A stretch of DNA of 64,000 nucleotides, taken from NCBI GenBank assembly GCA_040285855.1, contig JAUFOQ010000017.1, positions 682,001 to 746,000 of the forward strand, given 5' to 3'. The first letter of the stretch is position 1; every line of letters starts with the position of its first letter. Source of the stretch: Eukaryota sp. GEM-RC1. Taxonomy: Eukaryota. Below, piece by piece: positions 48,574 to 61,100 of this stretch. The notes under the pieces are model-generated. The model was not told the origin of the DNA. It did no database searches and saw only the letters and a program-made list of their open reading frames with translations. Position numbers and translations under genes: made by a program.

Positions 48574-49860
48574 ATGAATCCAACAATCAATGCCGCAGAT
48601 TCTCATGCGTCTAACTGGAACTCTTATGTAGCGTCTTCCACTGCTGCGGTCACTAGTCTCAAATCTTCATCATCGTCTCCCAGACCTCCATCTTCACTCT
48701 CATCTCACAGAACCAATACTTCAACACAACCATTGTCTGGTCAATCCATGGATAATTGTTTATCATCTCTGTCTATTCCTGTGGTCAAAACCCCCTCCTT
48801 CGCTTCCACACAGAAAAAACCTGATGCGCTTCCAAAGACAAAACCAATGCCAACAATGCATTCAAAACCATCCATCCAAATCCCCTCTTCCTCCAAAACT
48901 CCTACCGCTACTCCAGCATCTCCTTCTATGCCTCCTACCCCGAAAATCGAAGTTTCTTCTGTTGATGCTCGCGCTTTGGACATGAGAAAGCCAAAAACCC
49001 CTGCAATTCCGAAAAAGCCAATTATTAGTAAACAAAACAACTACAAGAGTACTTCAGTTGATACATTTGTCACTCCATCCAGTCCAAAATGTCCTCCATC
49101 ACGTCATCATTCGCAATCAGGTCAAAAATCATTACGTTCCGCTCAATCGTCGTATTCCCCACTCATGAATACTGTAAAAAGCGACCTCGATAATGCTGAT
49201 AGACTCGTAAACAGCTCAAAACTGGTATCGTCATCAAAGCTCTTAAAGGAATCAATCACGCAACCTAAAAACGTGACTTCACTACAACATTGTCAGAATC
49301 TTGAATCCTTCAGAAGTCAACAGATTAGACACGCTGATAGTAATAGACCTGGAACACGTGGAGCATTAGAGTTGGAGGAGAGTTATAATGAATCTAAGAA
49401 CTCTAGTTTTGGTAGAGAATTTTCAAATTTTCCAAAAATTTCAAATCCATCACAACCTATTGACTTTTCAACTCGTTCTATCTCCCGAACTCCTTCTGTT
49501 TCCACCACTCCAAGACCTCCCTCTAGTCTTCCTGCTTCTCCACGACCACTAGGCTCAATGAAACCAAGGGAATTAAAGACAGAAGTTAAGGGGAATGTTG
49601 ATCCCTTGGCTAGTTTGAAGAAGTTTACGATTGTAAATGATGAAGTTGTTCATCCACGAAGAGTAGGTCAAAATGAGAGAGGAAAGGATCAGAAGGATGA
49701 GTCGAAAATGACGGTTATTAATCGTGATTTGATTGGTCAGCGAGAGTCTTTGCAGAGTCAAACTAGGAAACCGGCAGAATTGAATAGTAGTTTTTCCTAT
49801 AGAATTGGTGGTCAATCTGTGTCTGCTAGGAGATCAATATTTGGATTTAGAGATATTTAA
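48574..49860 (+). CDS. Hypothetical Ser/Pro/Thr/Lys-rich, probably disordered protein
   Basis: ~428-aa uninterrupted ORF with gene-like composition; no recognised domain. Confidence 0.65.
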   Translation: MNPTINAADSHASNWNSYVASSTAAVTSLKSSSSSPRPPSSLSSHRTNTSTQPLSGQSMDNCLSSLSIPVVKTPSFASTQKKPDALPKTKPMPTMHSKPSIQIPSSSKTPTATPASPSMPPTPKIEVSSVDARALDMRKPKTPAIPKKPIISKQNNYKSTSVDTFVTPSSPKCPPSRHHSQSGQKSLRSAQSSYSPLMNTVKSDLDNADRLVNSSKLVSSSKLLKESITQPKNVTSLQHCQNLESFRSQQIRHADSNRPGTRGALELEESYNESKNSSFGREFSNFPKISNPSQPIDFSTRSISRTPSVSTTPRPPSSLPASPRPLGSMKPRELKTEVKGNVDPLASLKKFTIVNDEVVHPRRVGQNERGKDQKDESKMTVINRDLIGQRESLQSQTRKPAELNSSFSYRIGGQSVSARRSIFGFRDI

Positions 49861-50291
49861 TTTATTTGTTTTGTGATTGTTAGTTGATTTTGTATCATAT
49901 ATAAGTCTAAATTGGCTCTCTGGGTATGCCTATGTTTAATTTTTTCCTCAAAAGTCGGGGAATCTATTCAAATAAAGTAATGTATCTTCTATTCCACGTA
50001 AACATGCAGGTGCAAAACTTGTATTGTTTCTAATGTCGATCAACCAAAAACTAAAATCAGAAGTCACCGGTTTACAAAATACAATTTTATAACGAGTATT
50101 AGACATTTGAGTAGCTGCTATTCTACAATCGACCGTAGTTGCTTATTGCACAACAGTCAACAGTTGGTCTAAACCACAGCATCTACTGCTGTCTGAGAAG
50201 GAACACACGTAGTGTCCACGGTATCGGCTGTCTGAATGAGAAAATAACTAATAATGTATACTGACTGTGCACAAAAAACTAATATATGACA

Positions 50292-50803
50292 CTAAAGGTC
50301 ATCAATGGCTCCATCTAAATCATCAATATCTTCTTCTGAAGGATACATATCGTCATCAGACGGCGGTAACTCACCTCGGAAATCTTGGACGAGTTCCTCT
50401 TCATCGTCGTTAGCATCTTCATGGGCAAATTGAACCATGTCATCAGTAGTAGAACTTGGGGTTGCTGACATTGACTCTGGAAGTTCTCCCATTTTTTGAG
50501 AGCCCTTATCTCATCATCTGTGTATTTGTGGAATATATCAGCTTTGTTGTCCTGAAAGTCTCGTAGAGAAATAAGAACAATGTCAGAAACGCGGATGAAG
50601 CAGCGCTTACGTAGTTTCCCACGGATGTGACATAGTCTGCGTTTGTTGTCAACACAGAGAGCCTCAACCCTACTGTTACCCAAAAGCTTTAGTACTTGGG
50701 CGTATTCTTGACCAGGTTCTTTCACAAGTAATTCACGTTTAATAGGGTCTCCGGTTTTACCACGGCGACGATGTTTTCCTCCTCTTCCTTTAGAAACTGG
50801 CAT
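50292..50803 (-). CDS. EIF1A: Translation initiation factor eIF1A (one -1 frameshift)
   Basis: [44 protein letters not shown]; adding one A (T6 run 50492-50497) gives LKKMGELPE plus the acidic tail. Confidence 0.95.
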
Positions 50804-50877
50804 GATGGTTAAGAAATTACTTGGAGAAAATAATTCCACTCAGTTCTCTTTCGACCTCTGACAAAATCTCTCTCCTT

Positions 50878-51828
50878 ATGGCTTTTAATGTCTGTTCAAC
50901 ATGGGTTCCCCATACTAAATCTGTTACTTGTACTAAATTCAATACTCCTACATCTTTAGTTGCTACTTCTTCTGCTGATGCTTCTATAGCAGTTTCCCGC
51001 ATATCTGATTTGTCTTCTCCACAAGTTCTCTTCCATCTACGTGCCGGAGATCTCGCTGTTGACGACCCTTCCCTATATGGAGTTAACTCTGTAGACTTTA
51101 GCCCTTTTGATAACAGATATCTTGTATCTGGTGGAGACGATGGATTTGTACGTCTCTGGGATGTTGAAAAGCAATCACTCATTGCTGCTCTCGAAGGCCA
51201 CAAATCCTGGATTCTCTCCGTAGCTTTCTCTCCTTCTGGAACCCTCATGTTATCCACATCAGCTGACGAATCTATCCGTCTCTGGGATGCCCGTACCTCT
51301 CGTCCAGTGCGTGTCCTTCGTGGCCACGCCTCTGTCATAAGCTCAGCCGTATTCAGTGCAGATGGTACTCTTTTAGCAAGTGCAGGAGGTGATGGTTTGG
51401 TAAGAGTTTGGGATGTTCTAAGTGGCACTTGTCTACAAGCATGTATGTATGAAGCTTGTCCTCCCATTGGATCTGTTACTTTATCCAGGAACAAGGCATA
51501 CGTTCTGGGCTCTTTCTTAGATGATAGTGTGAGGCTGGTGAATATAAAGAACAACACAGTAGAACGAACTTATAAGGGCCATTCTAATTCGTCGTTTCTT
51601 GTTGAGTCTCAGTTTATGTCTGTGACGACTGCGGATGATTCAGTGGTTTCTGGGTCTGAAGATGGACGATTGATGGTTTGGAATGTGAAGACAGAAGAAG
51701 TGAGGGGGGAGTTGCAAGTGTTTGATTGGCCTCTGACGTGTTTTTGATGTGTCTACCCAATCAGATTTGATTGTTGCTGGAGGATTGGGGGAGGTGATGT
51801 TAAACTTATTAATGTTTCGGAATTTTGA
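50878..51828 (+). CDS. WD40-repeat protein, WDR5-like (frameshifts near the 3' end)
   Basis: GHKSWILSVAFSP, STSADESIRLWD, DGLVRVWD, YKGHSNSSF, VSGSEDG; the last repeat continues LTCFDVS..IVAGG..DVKLI if T5 (51741-45) and G5 (51787-91) are corrected. Confidence 0.8.
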
Positions 51829-52076
51829 TTGTTTTTGGTTTTTGTCGATAATTAATTTAATTATTTGAATATTTTATGTTGTCTGCTTGAGACGAAATTT
51901 CATGTTTGCTAGTTTCTTTGAGGTAGTTGTATTTGGTAATCATTGCTAGTGTGTTTATTTAAGTTTACAGAAGTTCTCTTTGTTTTTCGGAACTAAACTT
52001 TGTTGGATGTTTTTATATTTAACTTAGATAATAAACACTAAAAACTATTAGAAAAATCAGTACATATTCTGACACA

Positions 52077-52355
52077 ATGATCAAACTGAATTCCAATTTG
52101 TATTCTTCTTTTAAGTTCATCCCTTTTGCTATTTCAATTCTTGGTAATATTGGATTTGCTGCTGAAAAATTCTTTGATGCCTTTTCAAAGTTGTGCCGTG
52201 ACCATAGGAAAAATTTTAATCAGTCTATTTGGCGCAATCGCATTGTCTTTTCCTTATATAGAAGTTTTCCAAAGTATTTGAATCGTATTCTGGACAAATT
52301 GTATCGTGGTAGTTCAAGAGTAGATGTGGACCATTTAATATCTTTTAAGTACTAG
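52077..52355 (+). mobile_element. REL non-LTR 3'-terminal fragment
   Basis: FIPFAISILGNIG..WRNRIVFSLY, homologous to the other REL fragments. Confidence 0.7.
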
Positions 52356-52718
52356 TTGTTTGTATTTCGTTAATTTATAACATAAAATTTATATTAATCT
52401 AAAAACTATTGTATTCAAGTACAATTTATAATGATCAGTTGATTTACTCTGTTCTAACTGTCTATACAATCTGCTTGTCCATAGTTGGTGTTTATGCGAT
52501 GAACATCTACGTACAAAAATTGCTAGGGCCCAGATACTTCTGTTTGAACATTTGAAGGTACGTAAACCATGGTTTAAGAAGAAAGGACAAGAAAAATGAT
52601 GTCGTTATCAATGGAAACAGCTAAGGTATTAGTGCTAACCTCTTTCGCAAAAATTTGGGCGGAATAATAGTGGTGGCGAAAAAAGATGGGGAAATTGTAG
52701 TACATGTGTAAAATCCAC

Positions 52719-54812
52719 AACAATCAAAAAGGTCATACAAACATGGATCAAATGTATTTTATGGTGTTTAAACGCCTAAAGATGCTGCTGTTAATGCGAC
52801 GAGTCTACGTCAAGAAACCATTAAGGCTGAGCTACGGATTGAACACTTGAACGTATATGAACCACCTGGTTTAAGAAGAACTGATAAGAGGATGATGTCG
52901 TTGACAATGAATTCTACAACTGAATCAGTACTACTTGTAGTGCAGAGGTTGCCCACAGCCAAAATTTAAAATTCGATTAACAATCAATGTCACTTCTCAA
53001 CCCTGGCAATCTGGACCCTATTTTGAAATATGTTTTTACAATGTTTCGACGGCTCAGCTTTTTCATGCATATCTCTAGAGTTTTACTGCACTATGTTGGT
53101 ATTTCGTCTTAAAGATGATGTTCATTTGCTCTGAAATGGTAAACTCTTGCTGAATATGGAAGCACAATCAAGCTGCTGAATTGTGCAGAAGGTGAACAAT
53201 CAAAAGGTCATACAAACATGGATCAAATGTATTTTATGGTGTTTGAACGCCTAAAGATGCTGCTGTTAATGCGACGAGTCTACGTCAAGAAACCATTAAG
53301 GCTGAGCAACAGATTGAACACTTGAACGTATATGAACCACTTGGTTTAGGAAGAACTGATAAGAGGATGATGTCGTTATCAATGAAAACTACAACTGAAT
53401 CAGTACTACTTGTAGTGCAGAGGTTGCCCACAGCCAAAATTTAAAATTCGATTAACAATCTATGTCAATTCTCAACCCTGGCAATCTGGACCCTATTTTG
53501 AAATATGTTTTTACAATGTTTCGACGGCTCAGCTATTTTCATACATATCTCTAGAGTTTTACTGCACTATGTTGGTATTTCGTCTTAAAGATGATGTTCA
53601 TTTGCTCTGAAATGGTAAACTCTTGCTGAATATGGAAGCACAATCAAGCTGCTGAATTGTGCAGAAGGTGAACAATCAAAAGGTCATCCAAACATGGATC
53701 AAATGTATTTTATGGTGTTTGAACGCCTAAAGATGCTGCTGTTAATGCGACGAGTCTACGTCAAGAAACCATTAAGGCTGAGCTACAGATTGAACACTTG
53801 AACGTATATGAACCACCTGGTTTAAGAAGAAATTGATAAGAGGATGATGTCGTTATCAATAAAAACTACAACTGAATCAGTACTACTTGTAGTGCAGAGG
53901 TTGCCCACAGCCAAAATTTAAAATTCGATTAACAATCTATGTCAATTCTCAACCCTGGCAATCTGGACCCTATTTTGAAATATGTTTTTACAATGTTTCG
54001 ACGGCTCAGCTGTTTTCATACATATCTCTAGAGTTTTACTGCACTATGTTGGTATTTCGTCTTAAAGATGATGTTCATTTGTTCTGACATGGTAAACTCT
54101 TGCTGAATATGGAAGCACAATCAAGCTGCTGAATTGTGCAGAAGGTGAACAATCAAAAAGGTCATACAAACATGGATCAAATGTATTTTATGGTGTTTGA
54201 ACGCCTAAAGATGCTGCTGTTAATGCGACCAGTCTACGTCAAGAAACCATTAAGGCTGAGCTACAGATTGAACACTTGAACGTATATGAACCACTTGGTT
54301 TAAGAAGAACTGATAAGAGGATGATGTCGTTATCAATGAAAACTACAACTGAATCAGTACTACTTGTAGTGCAGAGGTTGCCCACAGCCAAAATTTAAAA
54401 TTCGATTAACAATCTATGTCAATTCTCAACCCTGGCAATCTGGACCCTATTTTGAAATATGTTTTTACAATGTTTCGACGGCTCAGCTTTTTTCATACAT
54501 ATCTCTAGAGCTTTACTGCACTATGTTGGTATTTCGTCTTAAAGATGATGTTCATTTGCTCTGAAATGGTAAACTGTTGCTGAATATGGAAGCACAATCA
54601 AGCTGCTGAATTGTGCAGAAGGTGAACAATCAAAAGGGTCATACAAACATGGATCAAATGTATTTTATGGTGTTTGAACGCCTAAAGATGCTGCTGTTAA
54701 TGCGACGAGTCTACGTCAAGAAACCATTAAGGCTGAGCTACAGAATGAACACTTGAACGTATATGAACCACTTGGTTTAAGAAGAACTGATAAGAGGATG
54801 ATGTCGTTATCG
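52719..54812. repeat. Tandem array of ~476-477 bp units (4 full plus 1 partial)
   Basis: Unit starts AACAATCAAAAGGTCAT at 52719, 53195, 53671, 54148, 54625; few differences between units. Confidence 0.95.
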
Positions 54813-54927
54813 ATAAATACACCAACTGTACGTCAAGAAAACCGTTTTAGTAAAACAAAGAAGTGATTTGATTGTAACCTACCAGTACTAAAAAAATAAG
54901 ACAAAACTAATGCAATAATTTAAAAAT

Positions 54928-57005
54928 CTAGTAATCTTTAATAGTTGACGGGAGTACCAAGAAACGTAAAAAGTCCACCCTGGGATCATCATTATCAGCA
55001 ACCTCAAGTGCATAGTTAACATCACCAGTAACTACTCTATCTGGTACAGAGCACATCAAAACAGGCGCAAACAGTGCCAACAACAATTCCGTATCCTCAA
55101 CATGCTTCCAACAATTCATGCAAAAAAGACAAAACATATAAACAAGAATTATAATTTGGAAAATCAATCTGAGCCACAATGTTCCTTGCTTCCAAAGACA
55201 GATCTAGCTTTCAAACAATCCCCAATTAAAGACATTGGTATTAAAGAACTCGGTAATGATCTTAAATAATGTAACAAGACCATTAATGATAAACACCCAC
55301 TGGCAGAGTCGAGCAGAATCCGTCCGTTTTCATCGAGTTCGTCCCGTATTGGAACAAATCGTTCTACAAACTCATCTGGAGATAACAGAGGAGTAGAGAG
55401 CAAAGAGGACATGAAAGGAGGACCCCTAGAAAAGATTGAATCACAAATATTCCATAGAATTGGAGAAACTTTGTTATCATCAGTTACTGAGACTGATAGA
55501 TCCAAACCAAACCACGACTCTTTAAATCCAGCAGCAACAGTAATGTATGAATCACCACCTCCTCTCAAACGAACAATCAACACGTCATCAAGGTCGTATT
55601 TGAAAGAATTGCGCCGACTGTGATAGAATAATGAGCTATCCGAAATAGGCAAGGAGAGCTCAACTGTTGTGTGTTCTTGAGGCTGAATAACTCCACTCAG
55701 ACGACTCAAATACAGCCATTTGGGAACTTCTGGAACAACGGACCAGAAGACAATCACTGGACTGTTATTAGTGATTGTGATGACGCGTTGATGGATGGAA
55801 TCACCATAGGCAATGTTCGATCCAAAGTCGATCTGTTTGTTGTCAATCTGGACCGTTGGAATATACGAATTAACAATCTTATCGAGCTCTTTTTTGATCC
55901 TAGTCAACGTCACCTGCCTCTTCTGAGGGTCAATCACACGTGATTCGAAATCAAGATTACAAACCACAGGCAAATGATCTGACCAAAGCACCTCCCGTCT
56001 ATCATACTCTAACACATTCACACTACCAGAGAACCTGTTATAGTACAGACAACGGTCACAGAACGAAGGTGGACGAGGCTTCTGGGGATTCAGAGGGATA
56101 TAGTTGGATGTACCTGGAATTAGTTTGAAAGTTGGTGGGAAGGTGATAGGGGACTCTTTAAATAGAGAGAAAACTGATTCAGAGGCTGAGCTGCAGTTTA
56201 AAAGCTGATCATATTTTAATAATTTAGAAATGTTATTCTGCTTGATTAAATCCATAACTGAGTTATAATCCAAATTGACTCTAAAATTCAAATCTCCAAT
56301 CCAAAACACGTAATCATAATCAAACAAAGAGGAAGGTAGCAGTATCGAATCATCAGAGGCAACGACTGCCTGATTGGCAGTCTGTTGAGTGTACAAATGA
56401 TCAAACCTAGATATGATATCAGACGCATCTTGTAATCGTCGTTGTACTTTGTCAGTATGAGCCGCTAAGTGACTGTTGACTATGACAACGTCAGACTCAT
56501 TGATTCGGAAAGTTACTATGACAGCGCCTTTGTTACCAAAGCGACCCATGAGACCAGTCCCAATAGTGTAGGCACGCATATCGAGAAGTGGGGGAGTAGA
56601 AGTTTTGACAAAGAGGATTGAGAGAAGGCCGACGAGTTGTTTGAATAGAACTAGACGGTAGTTGGAACCGACAGCTGTGGTGAAGCAATCTATCCATGGT
56701 TCTGCTATGGAGGACTTCTCTTGAACAAGGAGTGTAGAAGCAGTCATGTCTACTTCTTGTAAACCAATGCAGATTATGTCAGGAGATTTAGATTTGGAGG
56801 TGACAAGAGACGAAAGAGTATCGGGACTTGGAGGGTGTTTAGAAGCAACATTAAATGTACAAAGCAAGATATTCATTGGTACAATATCAGAAAACTCAGG
56901 AAAATTGTCTCGTAACGAACGTCTCAGCCATAAAGACCGGAGTTGTTTACTGGAAGCAGTCCCAAGAGGATCACTAGGGAGAGGTGATCCAACATCTGAC
57001 CGCAT
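54928..57005 (-). CDS. OCRL: OCRL/INPP5B-type inositol polyphosphate 5-phosphatase (5-phosphatase, ASH, RhoGAP-like); two +1 frameshifts
   Basis: TFNVA, IGLQEVD, GNKGAV, NSHLAAH, WIGDLNFR, PSFCDR, SDHLPV; removing one C at 55192-93 and one at 55108-09 yields FEARNIVAQ..LYVLSFLHELLKH..LALFAPVL. Confidence 0.85.
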
Positions 57006-57071
57006 TAGAAATTCTCAAGAGGAAAGAACAAATGAAGACTTTGATCACGTTTTTGGTCCCCTTCTCTCTTA

Positions 57072-57869
57072 ATGCGTGTTGCAGAATTCCGACTTAACCT
57101 ACCTCTTACAACTCACGAATACCACATTGGACAGTTGTATACTTGTGCTATTGCCTCTAAAAATGAAACTGATGGGAACGAAGGTATTGAAATTGTACAG
57201 AATGAACCTTACGAAGACGAACACAGTAAAGGTCAATACACCTACAAAATCTTCCATCTAGAGAAGAACATCCCTAAATTCGTCAGCATTTGCATGCCTA
57301 AATCTTCTCTCATCCTCGAAGAGAAAGCTTGGAACGCTTATCCCTACTGCAAAACTGTCTACACAAACGGTTTCCTCGGCGACAGATTCTCCCTAGAAGT
57401 TGAGACTATGCATCTTGACGACAGAGGTGACACCCCAAACGCTATTAACACCTCCCAAGAAGAATTAGATTCTCGTGCCGTTGATCACATTGACATTGTA
57501 AACGACGTCGTTCCTCCCAAGGATTATGTCCCAGAATATGATCCCAAAATATGGGATTCTGAGAAGTATCCGGGTAGAGGAAAGCTTTCTCCAGACTGGG
57601 TACAGACACATACTCCAGTAATGACAGCTTACAAAACAGTACGTGCTAAGTTTTCATTCATGGGTTTGACAAATAAGGTCGAGAAGCATATAATGAAGGT
57701 TATGAGAGAGGTTTTCCTTAAGTATCATAGACAGACTGTGTGTACGATGGATAATTGGATCGACTACTCTATGGATGATATAAGGAAGTTGGAAGATGAG
57801 ACGAAGGAGGTGTTGGCAAACACCTTTCAACAACAACGATCGAATGGCGAGGGTGAGCAATCAAGCTAA
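57072..57869 (+). CDS. Class I phosphatidylinositol transfer protein (START-like PITP)
   Basis: EFRLNLPLTTHEYHIGQLY, GQYTYKIFH, EEKAWNAYPYCKT, MTAYK, HRQTVCTMDNW. Confidence 0.93.
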   Translation: MRVAEFRLNLPLTTHEYHIGQLYTCAIASKNETDGNEGIEIVQNEPYEDEHSKGQYTYKIFHLEKNIPKFVSICMPKSSLILEEKAWNAYPYCKTVYTNGFLGDRFSLEVETMHLDDRGDTPNAINTSQEELDSRAVDHIDIVNDVVPPKDYVPEYDPKIWDSEKYPGRGKLSPDWVQTHTPVMTAYKTVRAKFSFMGLTNKVEKHIMKVMREVFLKYHRQTVCTMDNWIDYSMDDIRKLEDETKEVLANTFQQQRSNGEGEQSS

Positions 57870-58199
57870 TGTTTAATTATTAGGTTAAAAAGTTAATGTT
57901 TTGAGTCTAGTAAATTACATTTATTTTTCTTGGTTTAAGTTTGTTGGTATTTGTCTACTACATTACATTCTAGTGGGTGAAAATCAAAATAATTGATATC
58001 TTTTTGTTTAGTGTTTATTCTAGATGGAAATCCAGGGAGAAATGAAAAATTGTAACTCGGGGGTTCAATCTCTAATCTACGGTATGTAGAAGAATTCAGA
58101 TAGTAGATATTCGACCAAAATACATTTATCATAAGTAAATAATACCAAAAAACCCCAAAAATGCATAAATATTAAAAAAAGAGACTAAACTAACAATTC

Positions 58200-61100
58200 T
58201 TACTCTCCAATAACAATTCTAGGCGCAACTGCCATAGCCATAAGCTCCTGAAACAGTAACTTACACGCATAAGGTAAATGCACCGAAGAAATACGTTGAA
58301 CATTATTACATGCTCTACATTCATACTCCTTCTTATCAAGATTCGCCTTACACATCATTCCACAATCATTGCAAACATAAACAGTATAAGCATCAGAATT
58401 ATGGAATAATCGATCTTTCAAAACGGCAGCTGCCCCATGAGACACGATAGCATCACGTTCCATTTCCCCAAACCTCAGTCCTCCTTCCCTCCCTCTTCCT
58501 TCTACTGGTTGTCTAGTTAGGATCTGTGAAGGACCAGTAGCACGGGAATGGATCTTGTCTTCAACCATATGCTTAAGTCGTTGGTAGTAAGTAGGACCAA
58601 TGAAGACCTGAGCTTGAAGACGTTTGCCAGTGTATCCGTTGTAAAGCACTTCGTTACCATGACGTTGATAACCAGCTTCGTGTAGATTCTGAGCAATACT
58701 CTCCACAGTAATTTCCCTTTCAAAAGGAGTAGCATCACCTTCAGCTCCATTCATTGACGACACTTTCCCAAGTAAACACTCAACTAACTGCCCAATTGTC
58801 ATACGTGGAAGGAATAGCGTGAGGATTGATGATAATATCAGGAACGACTCCTTCGCAAGTAAATGGCATGTCTTCTTGTCGATGAAGTATACCAACCGTA
58901 CCTTTCTGACCATGTCTAGAGGAGAACTTATCACCAACTTGAGGAATTCTAGTCATCCTAATCTTGACTTTAGCAAACCTATGACCTTCACTATCAGTGG
59001 ACAACAGAACTTGATCCACAAGTCCTTCCTCCGTCCTCCTCATGGGCGTAGACAAGTTCTTCTTAGTAGCACGACGTACAGAGGATCCAGCACGAGGTTC
59101 GAACATGGCAAGCTGATCAGTAGGAAGTGGGGCAACCTTCCCAATTAGCATATCAGTACCATCAAGAAAGATACCAGCTGGTACAAGGCCATCCTCATCA
59201 AGTTTATCGTAGTTACCAGATCTATTGTCAAGAGTATCGTCAAGTTTTGGCTTGGCAAACTCCTCTATTATTCCACGTGCACGGTCTTCTTTAGCTGTGT
59301 CACGATATGTTCGATAGAAAATAGATCTAAAGAGTCCACGGTCGACAGATGATTGGTTCATGATTACGGAATCTTCCTGATTGAATCCAGTGTAACAGGC
59401 AATTGCCACGACAGCATTCTGACCTGCAGGAAGTTCTTTAAACTTCAAATGCTCCATTGCTGACGTGGTAACAAGAGGTTTCTGTGGATACATTAGAACA
59501 TTTGCTAAAGTATCCATTCTAGAAGCGAAATTAGTAGCATAGACCCCCATAGCCTGCTTTCCCATAGCTGATTGATAGGTATTTCTTGGTGATTGATTGT
59601 GATCAGGGAATGGAATGATTGAGGCAGAAACTCCAAGGATCATAGAAGGATGGATTTCAGCATGAGTGTAAGCTAGTTTGGGGTTGTTGTTAGCAAGATC
59701 GTCCAAAGTCATTGCGACCATGGCATTCTGTTGTTCCTCGGTATCAAGCCATTCAACATATCCACCTTTGATTAAATCATTCCAATAAGGCTCATCGAGA
59801 GTGTCTTCAATCAAATTATTATAATCATCGACAGTTAATTTGAGCCTCTTGCTTTCGACAGTGAGAAGAGGTCTTAGAATACGCCCAGCGTCAGTATAGA
59901 GTCGAACTTCACGATGATGAGAGTCATAAGCTACCGTAGTCATTGAGGGAATAATCCCTTCTGATCTGTAATTCTTAAGTTCGGCAACTAGACTCTTAGG
60001 ATCGTCATGAACTCCTACCCAATTACCATTAAGAAAGATCTTAACAAAGCTAGTATCCGCTAGTAGAGAAGGATCAAACTCAGTAAGTGGTCTCATATAA
60101 CAGAGATCAATCAGAGCTCCCATCACGTCACTTGCGTCTAACTTTGAAGAAACATAAGACATTAAGGAAAAGTTCTTAACAAGACCACACGACTGTCCCT
60201 CTGGAGTTTCAGCTGGACAAATCATTCCCCAATGAGTGTTATGAAGTTGTCTGGGTTTAGGCAACTTCTCTTCTCTTTTGATTGGAGCATTCAGTCGACG
60301 AAGGTTAGAGACAGCCGACATGAACGTAAGACGGGATAACACTTGAGAAACACCCGTTCTAGTAGGAGCTTCTCTAGTTTTCGACCAGTTTCCTGTAGAG
60401 AGGGAGTATGCAAGCCCATCACTAATAGTCTTTTCATAGATTGCGTTCCTAAACGAAGCATAATCTAAAACCTTTCGATCCTCGGCCATCCTCTTCAACT
60501 TCCTCTGAGCAGTCTCGCACATTGTTTGAAAGAGTTGACGGAAGAGGGAAGTTAACAGAGGTCCAGTCATATCAACTCTTTTGTTAGCGTAATGATCTCT
60601 ATCATCAGCCAAATCACGACCCAGAGCCACACTCAGCATTCGATGGATCATATACCCAAAGTAGAAAGCCTTGTACCTGTAAGAAGAGATCTCAGATCGA
60701 GTTAGGTAGTCCTCTTCCGACTCATTAACCTTTCTTTCTCCAATTGCAGAGTTAACATGAGGTAGAAAGTTCTTCTGTAGTAGATCAGCAGCGTAAGCCA
60801 ATCGATCTTCATAGGCAGCTCCAATAGTTGGCCCACGTTTACCAATGAAATCCATGGCGGCATCTTGTTCTGTTATTTCCTCAGCTTCTAAAAGCGAGGG
60901 TTGCAACATATCCATCATCTCCTCGTCTTCCATATCATAAACAATAAAGGAAATGATGTCGTGATCACTCGTAATCCCAAGAGCCTTAAAGAAGACAACA
61001 ATAGGAATATCTTCTCGTAGGATTGGGATCCTGGCATACATTGTCCTTCCAGTAATCCCACTCCCATCCCTAGAGACTTTGGTAGAGAGAAACAGAGAAA

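Noticed and set aside
50817..51557. 246-aa antisense ORF and similar shadow ORFs over Vint, RPB2 and RAD23
   Set aside because: They lie opposite confidently identified genes and carry no motifs of their own.
51745..51747. TGA readthrough (Sec or alternative code) in the WDR5-like gene
   Set aside because: The WD40 continuation is in another frame, no SECIS is visible, and TGA acts as a normal stop in other genes here.
58780..58937. Genuinely split or pseudogenised RPB2
   Set aside because: One base removal restores the invariant HAIPSRMTIG motif, there is no other decay, and the gene is essential.
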